This document shows positions 49,922-64,000 of a DNA stretch of 64,000 nt, in pieces. Within the stretch, counting starts at the first letter, position 1; the number at the start of each line of letters is the position of its first letter. The translations under genes were made by a program, and so were the position numbers. Source of the DNA: Takakia lepidozioides (lineage: Eukaryota; Plantae; Bryophyta); contig CM060734.1 in the NCBI GenBank assembly GCA_030704615.1, positions 39,556,001 to 39,620,000 of the forward strand, written 5' to 3'. The notes under the pieces were generated by a model. That model did not search any database. It was not told where the DNA came from and saw only the letters and a list, made by a program, of their open reading frames with translations.

Positions 49922-52900
49922 ATGGGACGGATAAAGCGACTCTCTGGTGCTGCAATCAGCCAATTGCGATCCATTACCATTATCTCAGACTTGGCTCAGG
50001 TTGTGGAGGAGCTTGTTTGCAACAGCTTGGATGCGGGTGCGACACAGGTAACATCTGTCATTCCCTTACATTAGTCGGAAGGCACTTATACAAGTTGTAG
50101 TTGAGAGGGGGGGTATTCAGCTTCAGGCTTCACATCGGGGTTGTAAAAAAATTCTCTGTTTGGGCAGTTCAGCCGATAATGACAAAGTTCTGAGCTTCAA
50201 TATTCTGCGCTCTACAATTATGTAAACCATATTCTGGTGTTACTTGTCCTCTATGGTGGATATCTTTCCCAGATGTGTGGGTTTCCCCACCAAATTTATA
50301 GGGTATAAGCTGTTCTGCTTTTTAACTAAGTGGTAGTATTCTGGGTGACAGGTTCATACTCATCTGGAGGCAGGAACTTCATATTTGAAAGTGGAAGATG
50401 ATGGTGAGCACTATGTCATACATTTGTGGTTGCTGTGAGTATGTCAATGACTCAAAGGTAGGGAACCACCATGTTAAGGTAAGGAATGTACTCATAAGGT
50501 TTGCCATAGCCTTGTGGCCATTGACCCTGCGCCCAGTTTGAGCGGAAGACAATGGGACAGAAACTACCTTTGTCAGGGGCTGACGCCGGTATTATGACTT
50601 ACCTTGGGAACAGACAATTGATCCAGTGCAAGGTAAAGAAACTAACTGTTGGAAGACACTCCCATGACAAGCTAAGTTAGAACCTGTCCATGGTCTTGAA
50701 GAATACACGAGATACTCTCATGCACCCCCAGCCACGGACTTGGCCTAATCCTACTGGATGGCATCATCCTGGAAGCAAAGAGTCAGCAATGACCTCAACA
50801 TCTACAGTTGAAGTCAATTTTTCTTTCCCGCGTATGGTATGCTTGATTGGTATGACATGCAATTGCTTGGGTGTTGCAATGGGGTAATATAATGCGTGCT
50901 CTCCGATGACTGCAGGTGGTGGCATCAGCCGGGAAGATTTGAAATTGGTGGGCGAAAGGCATGGTAAGAAACCATTACCCTGAGCTTGGAGATTGCAAGA
51001 TACATGAATTTATTTGTTCGGTAGCCAGTAAGTTCAAAAGTTACTCATGAGTACAAGCAGTTCAAGGTCTCACTTGCAGTTACATGGAAATCTATGAAAA
51101 TGCTTGTATTTCGTTCCTTCTGGATCTCTTCAGTGCTCCATGTCCATTTGAGATTCCCTCCTCCCTCCCATCATAATGGTTGATGGTGATCCCTTGCATA
51201 ATTGCAGCCACTTCCAAGCTGCATCATTTGGCAGAGCTGGAAGCAGGAGTAAAGACCTTAGGTTTTCGGGGGGAGGCCTTAAGTTCACTGGCTGATATTT
51301 CTCTTTTGGAGATCACATCCAGGGTGCGAGGAAGCCCCCACACCTATTGCAAGATCATACAGGTGGGGTGTGCTTGGTTTAGAGAAAGTTTCTGATTTTA
51401 ATATTTCCTGACGATGGTAAATGTAAGTTAAGATATTGATGACGTGACACAAATACTGCATAATGCTGGTAAGCTATTTCCAAATTGACGCCCGGTTAAA
51501 CTGGGTGACAGAGAATGAAGTATCAGAAGGGTGAATTTTGATAGGGAGCATTTTTGAAGTGGTGCAGGGTCAGAGCACTGTGTCTCTGGGGCTCTCTGGT
51601 CAGCCTCACGTACCTGGCACGACAGGTTCATCACTGGTCCTTTCTACCCAACTTCCTTTATTCTGGCGTAGTGTTGAAGTGTCAGCCTTCCATCATTCCA
51701 GCTAGTGCGCGTGCTTGATTATCTAGAATTGCTGTCATTAGGCTGTATAGGTTTGTCTCACTGAGTTCCTTTTTCTTTGGGAGTTTTATGCCTGACAGTA
51801 AGTCTCTAAAGAGTGTTGCTTTTTGTCTAGTAAGTGCCGTGTTTCAGTTCCCTATAGCCCTGGACCCTAGCACAATGCAAAATCTGGGTGGTCACAGTTG
51901 ATTGAGCTGAACTGTAAGTCAAACTTTCAATGCTTTATCTTTGCAGTTGTGGTACGGGACATATTCTACAATCAACCTGTTCGAAGGAGGCTTCTTCAGT
52001 GCAGGTCAGTGCTGCTTGATCTTTACCAGCAAACTCAGTAAAACTTGGATTTCCATGCTGTCCAAGGCATCCCATGGATAAGATTACACATGCTAAATCC
52101 TATTGGGGCATGCAGATCCTACTAACTTGGTTCCACACTTGCAGCAGCGAAAACAAGGCCTTGCAGTCTGTGAAGGAGCGTGTTCTACGTCTTGCTTTGG
52201 CTCACCCAGAGGTCTCCTTCACAATAACAGATGTGACAAGGTATTTGAAGCAATGAAGTCGAGATAATATCAGACCTGTTGCTTTCAAGAGATCCTTTCT
52301 GTGGAACAGGGTGGGCCCAAGAGCTTTTGCACAGTTCAAGCACTGGCTGATTTGTTACAAGGCTTATTGTAGTATTTATGCTAGCGAAGTCAGGGTTGTT
52401 TATTGCAAGTTGTTGATGGCTATAATTGTGCTTGTCAACAAGGGTTGACTTAATTTGCTCTTTGAGGGAGGAGAATGTCTTAACTCTTTGTGCATGGGGC
52501 TGGAACCAGAATACCAGTATTCTAGAAACTAACAACATATTCTATGTGCATAGTAGTTGTTATGTGCGTATCATTACCACTGGGACACTGCTGGTGAGAA
52601 GAAACGATTTGTTTCACTTGGAAGACCCCTGTTGGATTATTTGGTTGAAATGGTCCAACTTTTGTCCTATGAAGTTCTTCGATGTGTCGTGCAGGCGAGA
52701 ACAAGTGTTCCAGATACAACGGCACCCATCGCTGTCAGGCACATTGCAGGATGTGTTTGGTGGGGAGCTGTGCTCTGGCCTCCATGAGGTCGACTATGCA
52801 AAGGGGCCGTTGAGGCTTTCTGGCTTTTTATCCAAATCCTTTCAATGCCATCCTTCCAAGGTCATAAGCAAGATCCTCTTCAGTGCTTTATATAATGCTA

Positions 52901-55900
52901 TGAGCAATGTATTCAGGAGCTGGAAATAAAGGACGCTCTTTGGTATCTTTTAGCTGTGAATAAGGTTTGTATGGTTGAAAATGATGCTTGGAGAGTGAAT
53001 GGATAATTCCTTACTTTGTCACAGCCTGTGCCGAGGCAATTTCATGGTGATGATTCAAGCATTGAATCTGCTCTAACTGATCTTGCCCACTATGTTTAAA
53101 TTGAACTGGCCTTGATGAGGTATCTTATATTGATACAATTTGCTTGGTTTGCAGGCTGTCCACTTCTTCTGTATCCTTACACTACATGGTCTCTTATGTA
53201 TGCTGAGGTGCCATTGAGGTTCTGGAGACATTGCCAGATTGTTGGTTAATTGATTCAGGCATGGTAGATTTGGCTATAATGGTTCCCCTTCACGACTTGT
53301 TTGAAGAGTCATCTCATGCATCACAGAGCTTTTTGTCCTTCAGTCTATTGTTTTTTTTTAATATGGCTAACCCATATAGAGCCCACCCCTGAAAGGAAGC
53401 AGTAGCCTGCAAGGGGAAGAGGCTGTTGATTTTGAGTGGCGTCATCTCTCTCTCTATACGCCCAACAAGGACTATGATGCCAAGCCGATGAGCTTGCCAC
53501 AAGACAGCCCAGTTACATTCGTACATTCTTTGACCATTTGACAGATATCAACCGGCGCTTTGTCCACAAAACCCCTGTGCACAAACTAATAAGTGCTTGG
53601 GGAAGCAGTGCTGTCCTCAGCAGGGTGGGTCCCGGTGGTCCCGAAGCAGGGAGGAAAGGCGGGTGGGATGCAGCCTCTGGGAGACAGGGATGCCCTGTGT
53701 TTGTTTTGAATCTGAGGTGCCCATTTTCTGATTATGACATCACTTTTGAAGCATCAAAGGCCATTGTGGAGTTTAAGGTACTAAGTCTGTGTCCTCCCTT
53801 CTCTAGTATGAAGCACACTGGCATCTTCTTCGTCATTTGCAAAGAATCATAAAATTATTGGATTCATGACAGAGGAGAAATACGACAATGTTGAGTCATA
53901 GAGATTCTGTCAGCTAGCTCAATCTTCATATTGTCATGCTTTCAAGGCTAATCCCTGCAGTCTCCTCCATTTCAACTGAACGACACTTGACCATTCATTC
54001 ATGAGAAGACTTTGACCTTTCAATATCATACCGGTGGGGATGTGGTGCTTACATTTTGGGCTTCAAGGTGCTTTGATGATACCTTCCAGCCATACACTTG
54101 CTTGACACCTGGTCACCAAGGAGTAGCAGTCTTAAGTCCAAGGTAGACTGAGTGGAGCTATAGGAAGTCCTCATCGGTCTCGTTGGATCAACTTGCAGAT
54201 GGAGGCCCGCTTCTAATAGTTGAGAGCTCATTGATTGCTTCTGATGTGTAGGACTGGACTCCAGTGCTCTCATTTGTGAAAGAGGTGCTTGAGAGAAGTT
54301 GGGGGCATGGCCTGATTGACATCAAAGAAGGTGACTCCGAGCCTTTCTCTTACTAAGTTGTCCTTTCAGGAAACGGCATGAGTACATTCTTACTAAGTTG
54401 TCCATCTCTTTGGCGCTTTCAGCATATTATGTCAATCTCTAGCATACGATCCCAAGTTGTCTCTTTGTAGTCATCATCGAAGATGGGTTGTCTCTTTCGC
54501 AAATTTTTCGAGGCTGCACTGTCTGGCAGTACTCATGATGGTACATTGCTACAGACATTGCACCAGAACTGTCAGCAAAGAGCATGGATTTTGAAGCGGC
54601 CCTGAAGCCAACAGTACACAATCACAAGATCTGGCAACACATTGACCCAACTTACAAGTCAAGCTGTAATTTAGATGTGTTCACTTCAAATGCTAGCTCC
54701 ACGAGATTGCCTCGTGCCACACCATTGTGCAGGGGGAAATTACCCGACGGGGACCTTAGCTCTGGGTCATTATTTGTTGAACCAGTAGTTCTAAGGCAGA
54801 CCAGGAGCTCCCAAAAGAGTAACCCCCTTGAATCTCCGTTGAAGAGGAAGAGGCTCTGCAGTTACGACCACCACGACAAACAATCCAAAGTTCTGGAAAT
54901 TTCTCCATTACACAAGCCATTGTTCAAACCTGCTACCTTGGACAATCAGAGGATTCAAGGGGTATCTGAATATGAGTGGATGACAGATAGGAGAGGGGAG
55001 GCTCTTGATTCAAACCTTTCCTCTCGATCATGTACTTTACTGGCACCCTCGCCTCCAAGATATGGCTCACAGGATGTGCTTCTCAGTGATAGGGATCTTT
55101 CTGTTGGGAGCCCAGAGCCGTTTTGGGTCGCATCATCACCAGTTGGGAGTGACGGAAGCTGGGCAGGTGGAGTTGTTGAAGATTATCAAAAGTTTGACAG
55201 TTGTGAGGATTTTGCCCCAACACAAAGCTTAAATCTCGGTTCTGGACAGGTTAGGCCTGTCAGGCAGTGCTTACTGTCAGAATCTGATGAAAGTGGTGAT
55301 TTGGGCAAGACTTACGCTTTACAATCAGATCAATTTGTGAGGAGGCAAACTGGGGCTGTTGTCTCAGTGGAGGACGGCTGTGACACAAGGAGCATCTTAC
55401 AGAATGGGAGTTTTGAAAGTGAATGGATGGGCATGAACCTTAAACAACACACGGGTTTGGGTGACATATTGGATGAGTTACCTCGTCCATACCGTAGGGC
55501 ATTGACTCAGATAGATACCAGAAAAGGCCTAGTGCCACGTAGCGCAAGTGAAGCACAGGAATCCTGTTCAATAGTCAACAGTGAAGTTCTTTATTGTGCA
55601 GACTTGCTGGGAAGCCCAGTTCGTGAGCACAACCAAATGGATAACAACCATGTTGATGGCGTAGTCTATTTTGAGAGGAAATTCCAGCCCCTGCAGATTG
55701 ATAGTAGCTTCTGGGAGAGTAGTTCTTGTTCGAATTGGAGATTACTTGATACTGAAGATCTGAGGGAAGCAGAGGCCTGTCTTCAATCTTCAACGATACA
55801 GCCAAAGAGAGCTGTCTCTGGCCCTCCTTTTGACAAATTTTGCCAAACATTTCAGCTAAATGAGGATTACTTGCACAATTTGCCCTTGAGAGCAGACGAT

Positions 55901-58900
55901 TGTGTGCAACACAAGGCAATCAACTACTCAGGTAGAGCCCTCTTCTCTCTACTTCTATTTGTATTGCTTCGATTACAGTTCAAGATTGGTGTTTCTGATT
56001 GAGTCGAGTTTGCCACAGGGTTCTCTATCTACCTTTTAACTAGGGAGCTAGCAGTGATCAGCCAACAGTGGTTTAGCTGGATGCGAGCCCACATCAATGC
56101 ATCATTCTCATCAAACAGCCACTTAGTCCTGTACTTATTTGTATTCGGCTGTTTCATAGCAATCTGTCTATCCATTCTTGTGCAGTACAACCACGTGAAA
56201 CCAGCAAAGGTCAGCGGGAGGACGTGGATGAGGGGAGACATGTGCATGAGCCAGGTGTCTCTATTGCTGGAGCACAGTCTCGTAAGTTTGTATCTTCAAC
56301 AAATTAATGTTTGCGTCATTTAATTGTCAAGCAAGCCTGTAATTGTCACCTTGGGACACCTGAATCAAACCCTGTGGTTGGGTACGTTCAGTTGCCTGCC
56401 CACCAAGGATCCATGATCAGCCAAGTCTTTTGGTCACTTGCCAAGCATGCAGCATCAAAGCCTATGCTGATTATGGAATTTGAAAGTGGTTTTGCCATTT
56501 GATTGTAGTCTGGCCTCAATAGTCCCTGATGCATTAGAGATGGGTTTTGCAGTATCAATTCCACAGGACCTGCTTCTGTCCAAACACCGCCTTGAAACAC
56601 GATCAAACAAGTCACCTGGCCATGCTGAGGAAGACGAGCTACGGAAGGAAAGTGTTGCAGCAATGTACCAGGTGAGGAGTGCCATGATTCTGTCAGCAAT
56701 TTTCACTAACTTCTATCTTTATGTGGCAATATGTGCTACGCAAGTGACATAGAATGTATCTACCAGGTTCCAGTCTTGAGGCGGAATTTGGCTGTATTTG
56801 TGAGAGCCTACTTCTCTCTCACAGTGATGATCATGTTAGAGTATGTCTGTTGGGATGGGTTTATCATAAACAGAACTGATATTTCACCTTTTCAAGAGGT
56901 AGACGATTAACCTGTCCTGATGCTGTATATACCTATTGACACCCAGAGGGATAGAAAGAGACCACTGTCCTCAGTAGATCTTTCTTGTTATAGACTAGGG
57001 CCATAGACCCCGCGCCTCAGTAGGAGCCCACAAGGCACAGGAGCAGCAGGGGTCAACTATACGGAAGGTTTGCTGTAGTATCCTACTTGTGCCCCTTTGG
57101 CAGTTTGGGCCTTCCGCGGATGCAATTTTTTTCTCTCCTGCGAAGTCGCTTTCATTTTTTCTTTCCTATCTCTGAGCATGACAGTGAGGGTAGCAAACAT
57201 TGTCTGATGTGTTGTAATGAGCACTTTGCTTGACAGGAGGCCCTCCTTGGAAGTATCAAACCGACTGACACTGCACCTCTTTCCAGTCAGTCTGACAACC
57301 TTGAGACAAAGCTTGTGGCAGTGCTGGTGTACATCTGAAGATCCTATGTACATTTAGGAGCTTTCTAAAGAAAAGCTGGAAGGTCTGAAGTGTTGCATGA
57401 AAGTGGAGAGGGAGAGAGAGAGAGAGTTGTCTAGCAGCAGCCTGACTACAATGTTCTGTAGGTGTGGCTGAATCCTTGCATGCGCCTCGATGGAAACAAT
57501 GTACTGGATCTCTCTTCAGGAGTTCTTGGATCCAGCAATGGCTTCCTTCTGCCAGAGTTGATGACCAAGGAGAGGCTGCAGCATGCTCGTGTGCTTCAGC
57601 AAGTGGATAAGAAGTTCATTGCGGTTGTTGCACGCGACATGTTACTGTTAGTTGATCAAGTCAGTGCTCCACCCAAACTGCCATGCAATATATGTAACCT
57701 TTTGGTCACACGGCTCATGAAGGCTGTCCTGATGAATTACTCCAAGCTCCTCATTCTTTGGACTCTTTCATGTGAGGGTCTTGGTGTGATTAATTCAGTG
57801 TGATTACAAAGGCCAAAATGTCAGAGATTGCTCGTCTGCCCATAGTGGGCCGTGGCGCTCTAGATGTTTGCCCAATGGCCTTAGAAAAGCAGGTGTCCTT
57901 TACATAACCACAAAGTTTATATTGCTTAGAGAAATGGTTAACCGAGCTTCAGTGAACACATAAATGAGTTTAATGGTTGAGTTAACAGTGGGGTGCCTGT
58001 GTCCATTGGTTCATTGGAGCACATGGGTTAGCACATGGGCTGTTTGATAGGGAAATTTAAAATGGTCAGTTCTACTTTATGTGATGTCACATAACTTGAA
58101 GTGAGTCTGCAGGTCAACGCTTAATGTACTTACTTGTTAATGGGTTGTTTTACACAAAAATTTAAATGTTCAGTTCTATCTTGTAGGAGTTCATTTTGAG
58201 TACTTGATTTGAGTCTGGAGGTCAATACAGAGAGATTTGTTGATAAGACGTCAAGTGGCACTTGTGGGGTTCACGAGCAGCATGCAGCAGACGAGCGCGT
58301 GCGATTGGAGGAGTTGCGCGCACATGTATGCCATCAGTCTTGCCCATGTAGGAATTTTGGTGTGAGGTGATTTTGCTACACATGATTTCATTCAGTCCAA
58401 GAAACATCTCTGCTTTGCTACTCTTGATTTGGTATATCCTTTTCTAGCCCTATATTAAATCTTTGGTTCTACTTGCAATGTGGTTGTGGTGTACTGACTT
58501 GTGGCAACTGAAGCTCTTGAACAGGTGTTGGTAGTGGAGAAGAAGCAGGCCATTTCCTTCTTGGATCCCAAACAAGAATTGGTATGTTGTAGATGCTGTC
58601 TAGTCTTTCCCATTATTGAAATGGAAATCAATTGCTTTGGTAGAACATTTCAATATGGATGAGGTGAAAGTGTAAAATCATTTCAAGGGCACATATCACT
58701 TTCTTCTTTAAATTAAAGACAATTGCAACCTGATTGCACACTGACCCTACATCTGATCCACCTAAAACCTTCGGTAGCAGGAAATGGAAATTGGTGTCCT
58801 TATCATCTCATGCAGAGCAACCTTGATAAAATGCTTGAGATACTGACTTTCCAATTGACCACATGGCCTGTATGATACAAATCAGCATGGCCTCCCCTGA

Positions 58901-61467
58901 TGGATCTTTGTTCAGATACATCTCATGCTGATGGAGGTAAAACATATTAAAAAGCTGGAGAATGACAGCAGGGGTTGCATAACTGGAAAATATTTCCTTG
59001 TCAATTGTTCATGCATAATGCTATGGGGCAGGGTAATGCCTGAAGGGTAGGCATGTTGGTGAAATTTTTTAATGGATATTTTGAATCTGAAAGATCAGGT
59101 ATCTATCAATGATAAAATGCAATGCTTGCAACTGTGGATCTCTCTTAAATGATCAAGACCAATAATGGTCTACTCCCACACTGTGAAAGGACTTGCATGT
59201 TTTAACATTCCCGTTTTCCTCGCACCCCAGCTGTGTCTGATGCAACCTTGGCTATATGTCACAGGCACTAGGCCTTGCAGAGCAGCAAACGCTTCACACA
59301 TACCATGAGCAGATTGAGAATTGGGGTTGGCGTTTCCAATCTACTTCTGAAGTTAAGGCACTAGGCAAGCACAGGTAGTCAAATACTTCTGCTCCATTCA
59401 AAAAGACGTTACTTAGCTTTTCTGCTCCTTCACTTCACAGTGACAAATGACTAACCACTACGGAGAAAAGGGAAGGAAATAGTGGGTGGGAGTACGAATA
59501 ACGGACCTACGGATCCAAAAGGAATAGGCCTGAGCCTCATGTGAGACAATTGCCCCTGTTACTGCAACATTAGAAGTGTACTGACCTACGAACGCTACTT
59601 TTCTGCTTCTCTCTTAGGTTTGCTGGTGTCCCTTTCAAACTCATGGAGCATGTTATCTTGCACGTGCAATGGTGACAAATAATTAAAGCTGTTCTCTAAA
59701 AACTTGAAGATATAGTTCAGTTCCAATTGAGGTAAGGGGTATTCTTTGTCTACTTGATTGGCATGATCTGAAGCTGGATTGTTGCAGGAACAGAGCAAAA
59801 CATGGAGGCACATGCAAGGTCCAACTGAGCGCTGTAAGCATGTTACAACCCTTCCTTTTCTTGGCCGTGCTACCGAGCACTGTGTTTCAAATGCATGTAG
59901 CACTCTTTAGGTGGTGATCTGATGGAAATGGGCCAACACAACTATGGGCCACAACTATGAATCCCAAAGGCCTTGGGGCCTCTGTGCCCAAGAATAACCA
60001 GCGTGATCCCACAGGTCCCCTGCATTCTGGGTGTGAGTTTGACAGCAGCAGATCTGGAGGAGTTCCTTTGTCAGGTGTGTTTTGAAGCTTTCCTGTATTC
60101 TGGTAGGGCACAATGAGTTTTGACATTCAGGTCGGGTAAAAGTGAATAGCGTCAACTCTTTTACAGATTTATATGGAAGTCACTGCACAGAATCATATGT
60201 ATCTAGCTGAAAATTTGGTTTTGTATTTTTGTTTCAATGAATTTGGGTGCAGCTATCTGAAACTCATGGTGCCTCCGCCCCTCCTCCTGCAGTTGTGAGG
60301 GTGCTAAATTACAAGTCATGCAGAGGTATTTTGTCCTTTGAAAGCCCCTTACTCTTGTCTTAAATCAAGGAGTAGAGAACAATCTTGAGGATCTAAGTAG
60401 TTTCACGCAAAGACACCAAAGCTGTCTTCAGTGTCTTGGCCTGTTCAGCATTGTACAAGCACCAACTGCGTGCAAATCGTATGCGTGACCAGTGTGCAAG
60501 ACAGCTGTTGGATGTGCCTAACCTTTGTACTGCATGGCCTGGAGGCAATGTATTAGTAACCAAGATGTTATCGTACATTCTCAGCGATTGTAGTAAAAAC
60601 TGTACTTTAAGGTCCCAGCTCCCTTTCTGCTGGTGATTGCTTGGGGTCAGCATGAGCAATCATTGCCACAAAGGCTACCCTTCCTGGCGAGCTTGCTCTA
60701 CTCTCAGTTGATAAGCAGCCATCACTGTTTGGTTCACTCATGAAGGAAAGACATTTGAGTCATCGTCTTCACTTTGTCTCTCACATCCACACCAACTTAT
60801 GCCTGGCTGTCAAAGCTGACGGGTGGCTGCATTCCAAGGGCTATAATAGTGGCGAGAAAATGATGTGTGGGGTACTGGGCAGGTGCTATTATGTTTGGAG
60901 ATGCATTGCTTCCTGCAGAATGTCGGCAGCTTGTTGATCAGCTCAAGCAGACATCGTTGTGCTTCCAGGTTGACTAGACCCTTGTTTTATGCTTGTATTC
61001 CTGTTTCCTTGCTCTTATCCCTGAAGTTCTGTCTTGGTGGATAGCTTTGTGTGTAGTGTAGTTTTGCACTTTCCCATGAAGAGTTTCACCAAGTTCTTAG
61101 CCACATGAGACCTACTCAAATTATTAAGTGCATACATGTGGAGAATGTACTTACCCTTACATGACATGGGCAACATGCATTGGCCCGCAAGAAGCTAAAC
61201 ATCTGGCCAGTTCATGGTCTATGGCAGTGTGCACATGGCCGCCCTACAATGGTGCCCCTTGTTAACCTCCATGCCTTGCACCGTCGATTTGGACCTTCAT
61301 CCGGCAGCATCCAAAGGGTCATCACCAGTGTCACAGGTGCAGCACCAGTAAACTGTGTGAGTGCATTGGAAGGAAGCAGGAGTAATGTTTGGCACAGTTT
61401 GCACACAGACCTTATGCCTACTCTTGCGCGAGCACAATCACGGCTACAACAAGCCCAACAAACTTAA
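49922..61467 (+). CDS. MLH3: MutL-family mismatch repair/meiotic endonuclease MLH3 (>20 exons; first coding exon 49922-50047, last 61228-61467)
   Basis: GHKL motifs VVEELVCNSLDAGAT, VEDDGGGI, ATSKL, LGFRGEALSSL, RDIFYNQPVRR; C-terminal QQVDKKFI, DQHAADERVRLEEL (endonuclease motif), VPCILG, KSCRGAIMFGD, FQCAHGRPT. Some middle exon boundaries (56.1-56.7 kb) uncertain. Confidence 0.93.
50487..50629 (-). mobile_element. Short LINE 3'-tail insertion in an MLH3 intron
   Basis: Reverse complement matches 18697-18817; candidate TSD AAGGTAA(G/A)GAA at 50476-50486 and 50630-50640. Confidence 0.8.
54364..54387 (+). mobile_element. 24-bp ultra-truncated retroposed insertion ending ATGAGTACAT, with 16-bp TSD
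   Basis: TCTTACTAAGTTGTCC at 54348-54363 and 54388-54403 flanks TTTCAGGAAACGGCATGAGTACAT. Confidence 0.65.
56990..57350 (-). mobile_element. Diverged LINE 3' remnant in an MLH3 intron
   Basis: Minus strand GGCGCGGGGTCTATGGCC matches the shared tail motif. Confidence 0.45.
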
Positions 61468-62429
61468 ATCTCTGATATAGAAGAAACATGTCCCAACTTG
61501 TACTCTCAACGTGCAACAGAGTCGAGGCATGAAAATATAACCAAACAAGAGGCGTGATGAGCAATGCGGCTGTGCTTCATCCACTGAACGCTGACATTGA
61601 AATGGGGATAGAAAAAGTATTGCAATTCAATATTGTCGGCATTTGGTGCTGCATCCTGGCATTGTAAGTTGTTTCTCAAGAACATTGGAGAATGTAAGTG
61701 AGAGAATGTTACATTATCCAACATTGGTTTGCTCAATTGATATTTGTGGTAGATTGTTGGCCCAACATCTTCTGTACCTAAATCTTTTCTCCTGTTTGAT
61801 AACAAAAGTCGGAAGTTTCATTACCCCAAATGTGACGTTACAATTGCTGTAAGTGCACCGGCTCTAAGTATGGGGAGTGAGATGACAGATGAAGACCAGC
61901 ATGATAGTTCCTGGATCAGTTGATTCTGATCTGTCTTGTAGGCGATGAACAGTGGGTTCTCTCAGGACCAGAGTCATCCTCTGTAATTATCACGCTGTTT
62001 CTGTATCTCAAAGATACACTTGCTTGAGTCCATGTTTTCCCGCAATGACTGATGCACTATCATGTACTAAGGGTGCTGTTAAGAAATAATGCAAGATTAT
62101 ATCAACAGTTGCAAGATTATGGAATGAAGTCCTTTAGCTTTTGGCACTGGCCCTCAGCCTATAAGTTGAAATTGAAATGGCTTTGGCACTGATGCGTTAT
62201 GCGTTGTCTCCTCCTTGCCTTGTCTCAATAAGCAAGTACCAAACGGAGCAACAATTCTGTTAGTAATAGAAGAAAACGCTTGTCGTCTTGTTCCATTTCT
62301 TCCTAAGATTCCTTCATGGGCGAAGATTCCTTCATGTGTGGCACAACTAGATGCTTACTGCGCCAATGCACCCGAGATTGTTCTCATTTTTGGACCAGCG
62401 ATCTAGACTGACGAGGGACTAAGCTGTTT

Positions 62430-63680
62430 TAGAGAAAACTCCTGTCTTTTATGGTGCATCTGGCCAGAGGTGAGGAACGATTTGAACAATCAGCACACTG
62501 ATACTTTATGTGCAGAGTTCTGGCCAGGGTTTCGGTGACTGCTCTTTCGACAGTCAATTGCTCTTTTGGGCGCATTCCAATTTTCCTGTGATTCTTACGC
62601 GGTCTGCCTTTTCCAAGCCTAAGCAGGCACAACACGAGCATCACACTCTCCACTTCATCTTCTGGAGTCCAACAATAATCTGTCTCTTCATCTCATAAGC
62701 AACATTTTCTAGCATTTGCCTCCCAAGGAAGAAATTCCTTTCTCAATCTATGTGGTGTTTCTGACCCATCCGTGCACAGATTGCTAGAATTTACCACACA
62801 ATTTCTGGGAGTTAGCTGTAAATTGTCGTCTTTCTTACCGATGCTTTTGACGAGTGTTTCGAAGACTTGAATCATTGCTTCAATTTTTCAGCATCTGGCT
62901 TCCTGATGCTTTTGACCCCTGATTTCAGTGATTGAGAATCTACGTCCATCACTCTTTTCATTCCATCTTACTTGCAACTGTTGTTTATCCTACTGCTCCT
63001 CGGACCGAACGTCACACTGGTTTTCGTCTTATTTGGGCGTTTCCCTGAGCTTCATGTACATGGCGTGCACTATGGGCAGTTTCGCAGCTACTACTTGCTT
63101 AACCAATGTGACAGCGTCATCGAATTTTTCGCGTTCAGCTTCTGCTTCTCCATCGGTTTCCGCCAGAAACAGTTGCTCTACTGGCCCGACTCTCAGTTCT
63201 GCCCTTAAAGCCGTGGCAGGTATGCTTGGCTCTCTGTTCAACCTTGGAGTGTCGTCGAACTATTCTAGGTAACGTTCAATTATCAGAGTTTACTTAATTC
63301 TATCTATTGCCAAATCTGGTCAAGGCTGATAGTCCCCAGTGTGTGCTTTTTCAAGAACCCTGGGCTGCTGGCCGTCTTATATTAATATTGTATTTTCTTC
63401 ACAATAGTGCTGCACTCCAGATCCTACTTTGTCGGGTTGTACCAGTTCTGTACTTTGAAGGTAGTGTGGTGCCAGTCAGAAGCATGAGCACGGTTCGACT
63501 AGGTGTGTCCTTGAAGCAAATATAATAGCACTGATGACTTCTCTACATTGTTGTCTTGAGCGGGAGTGATATAGAGCTTACGTACTGTAGATTGAGCTGA
63601 TTTTCCATGTGAGATTGATGATGTAGCACTTCCTTCCCGTAGGCAATGGTATTTAAGGCAGGCATTCATTTTCCCCTCCA
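62430..63680 (-). pseudogene. Degenerate coding-like region, product unidentified
   Basis: Colinear protein-like fragments (e.g. AEREKFDDAVTLVKQVVAAKLP; MLENVAYEMKRQIIVGLQKM) broken by stops and frameshifts. Confidence 0.3.
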
Positions 63681-64000
63681 AACTTTGAAGTTCTCAAGGA
63701 TTTTGTAGTTTGTAGATTCTAGCCTGTGACCTTACCACGGTTCAAGGGGTTCACTGTGGCCTTTTGGCACTCAGGTGTGGGCCGTGTTGACATCGTCCCC
63801 TTGAGACTCAATCAAGGTAAGTACCCTGTGCTCTGTCAGTGTGTTAGTGGATTCACATTACATCCTTTTATTGCCCAATAAGAGCACATATCCAAAACTA
63901 TACATATAAAGTTTACATACACGATGGACAAGAGTGGAAATGTCTATAGTGCTGGAACATCACTTTCGTAATAGTGAGATTGAAGCTGAGTAGAGGCAGG

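Noticed and set aside
54584-56002. Independent 472-aa gene
   Set aside because: It is the large unstructured linker exon of MLH3, bounded by splice sites.

Overview
Eukaryotic nuclear DNA, most likely from a non-seed land plant. This is inferred from the spliceosomal introns, chloroplast FtsY, FLD, a PLS/E-class PPR fragment and algal/bryophyte-type Gypsy motifs. The first ~26 kb is a nested transposon graveyard: a kinase pseudogene, SINE/PPR/LINE/Gypsy fragments, an intact non-autonomous CACTA, a Helitron Rep-helicase remnant, two Copia elements and a dual-specificity phosphatase pseudogene. Its standout is a minus-strand Ty3/Gypsy retrotransposon (~8.9-17.6 kb). Its polyprotein carries a DNMT3-like C5 cytosine methyltransferase in the same frame as the protease, between protease and a largely deleted RT/RNase H, with a ~1.2 kb CpG-decayed tandem array upstream. 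A Gypsy integrase tail ending in a PHD finger at ~45 kb may be the missing 3' end of the same kind of element. The rest of the window holds host genes (FLD histone demethylase, an intronless DNAJC8-like gene, cpFtsY, a small conserved protein head-to-head with MLH3), a CRE-like RLE non-LTR element and several copies of one LINE 3' tail, some with target-site duplications. All calls come from manual reading and translation; no searches were run.
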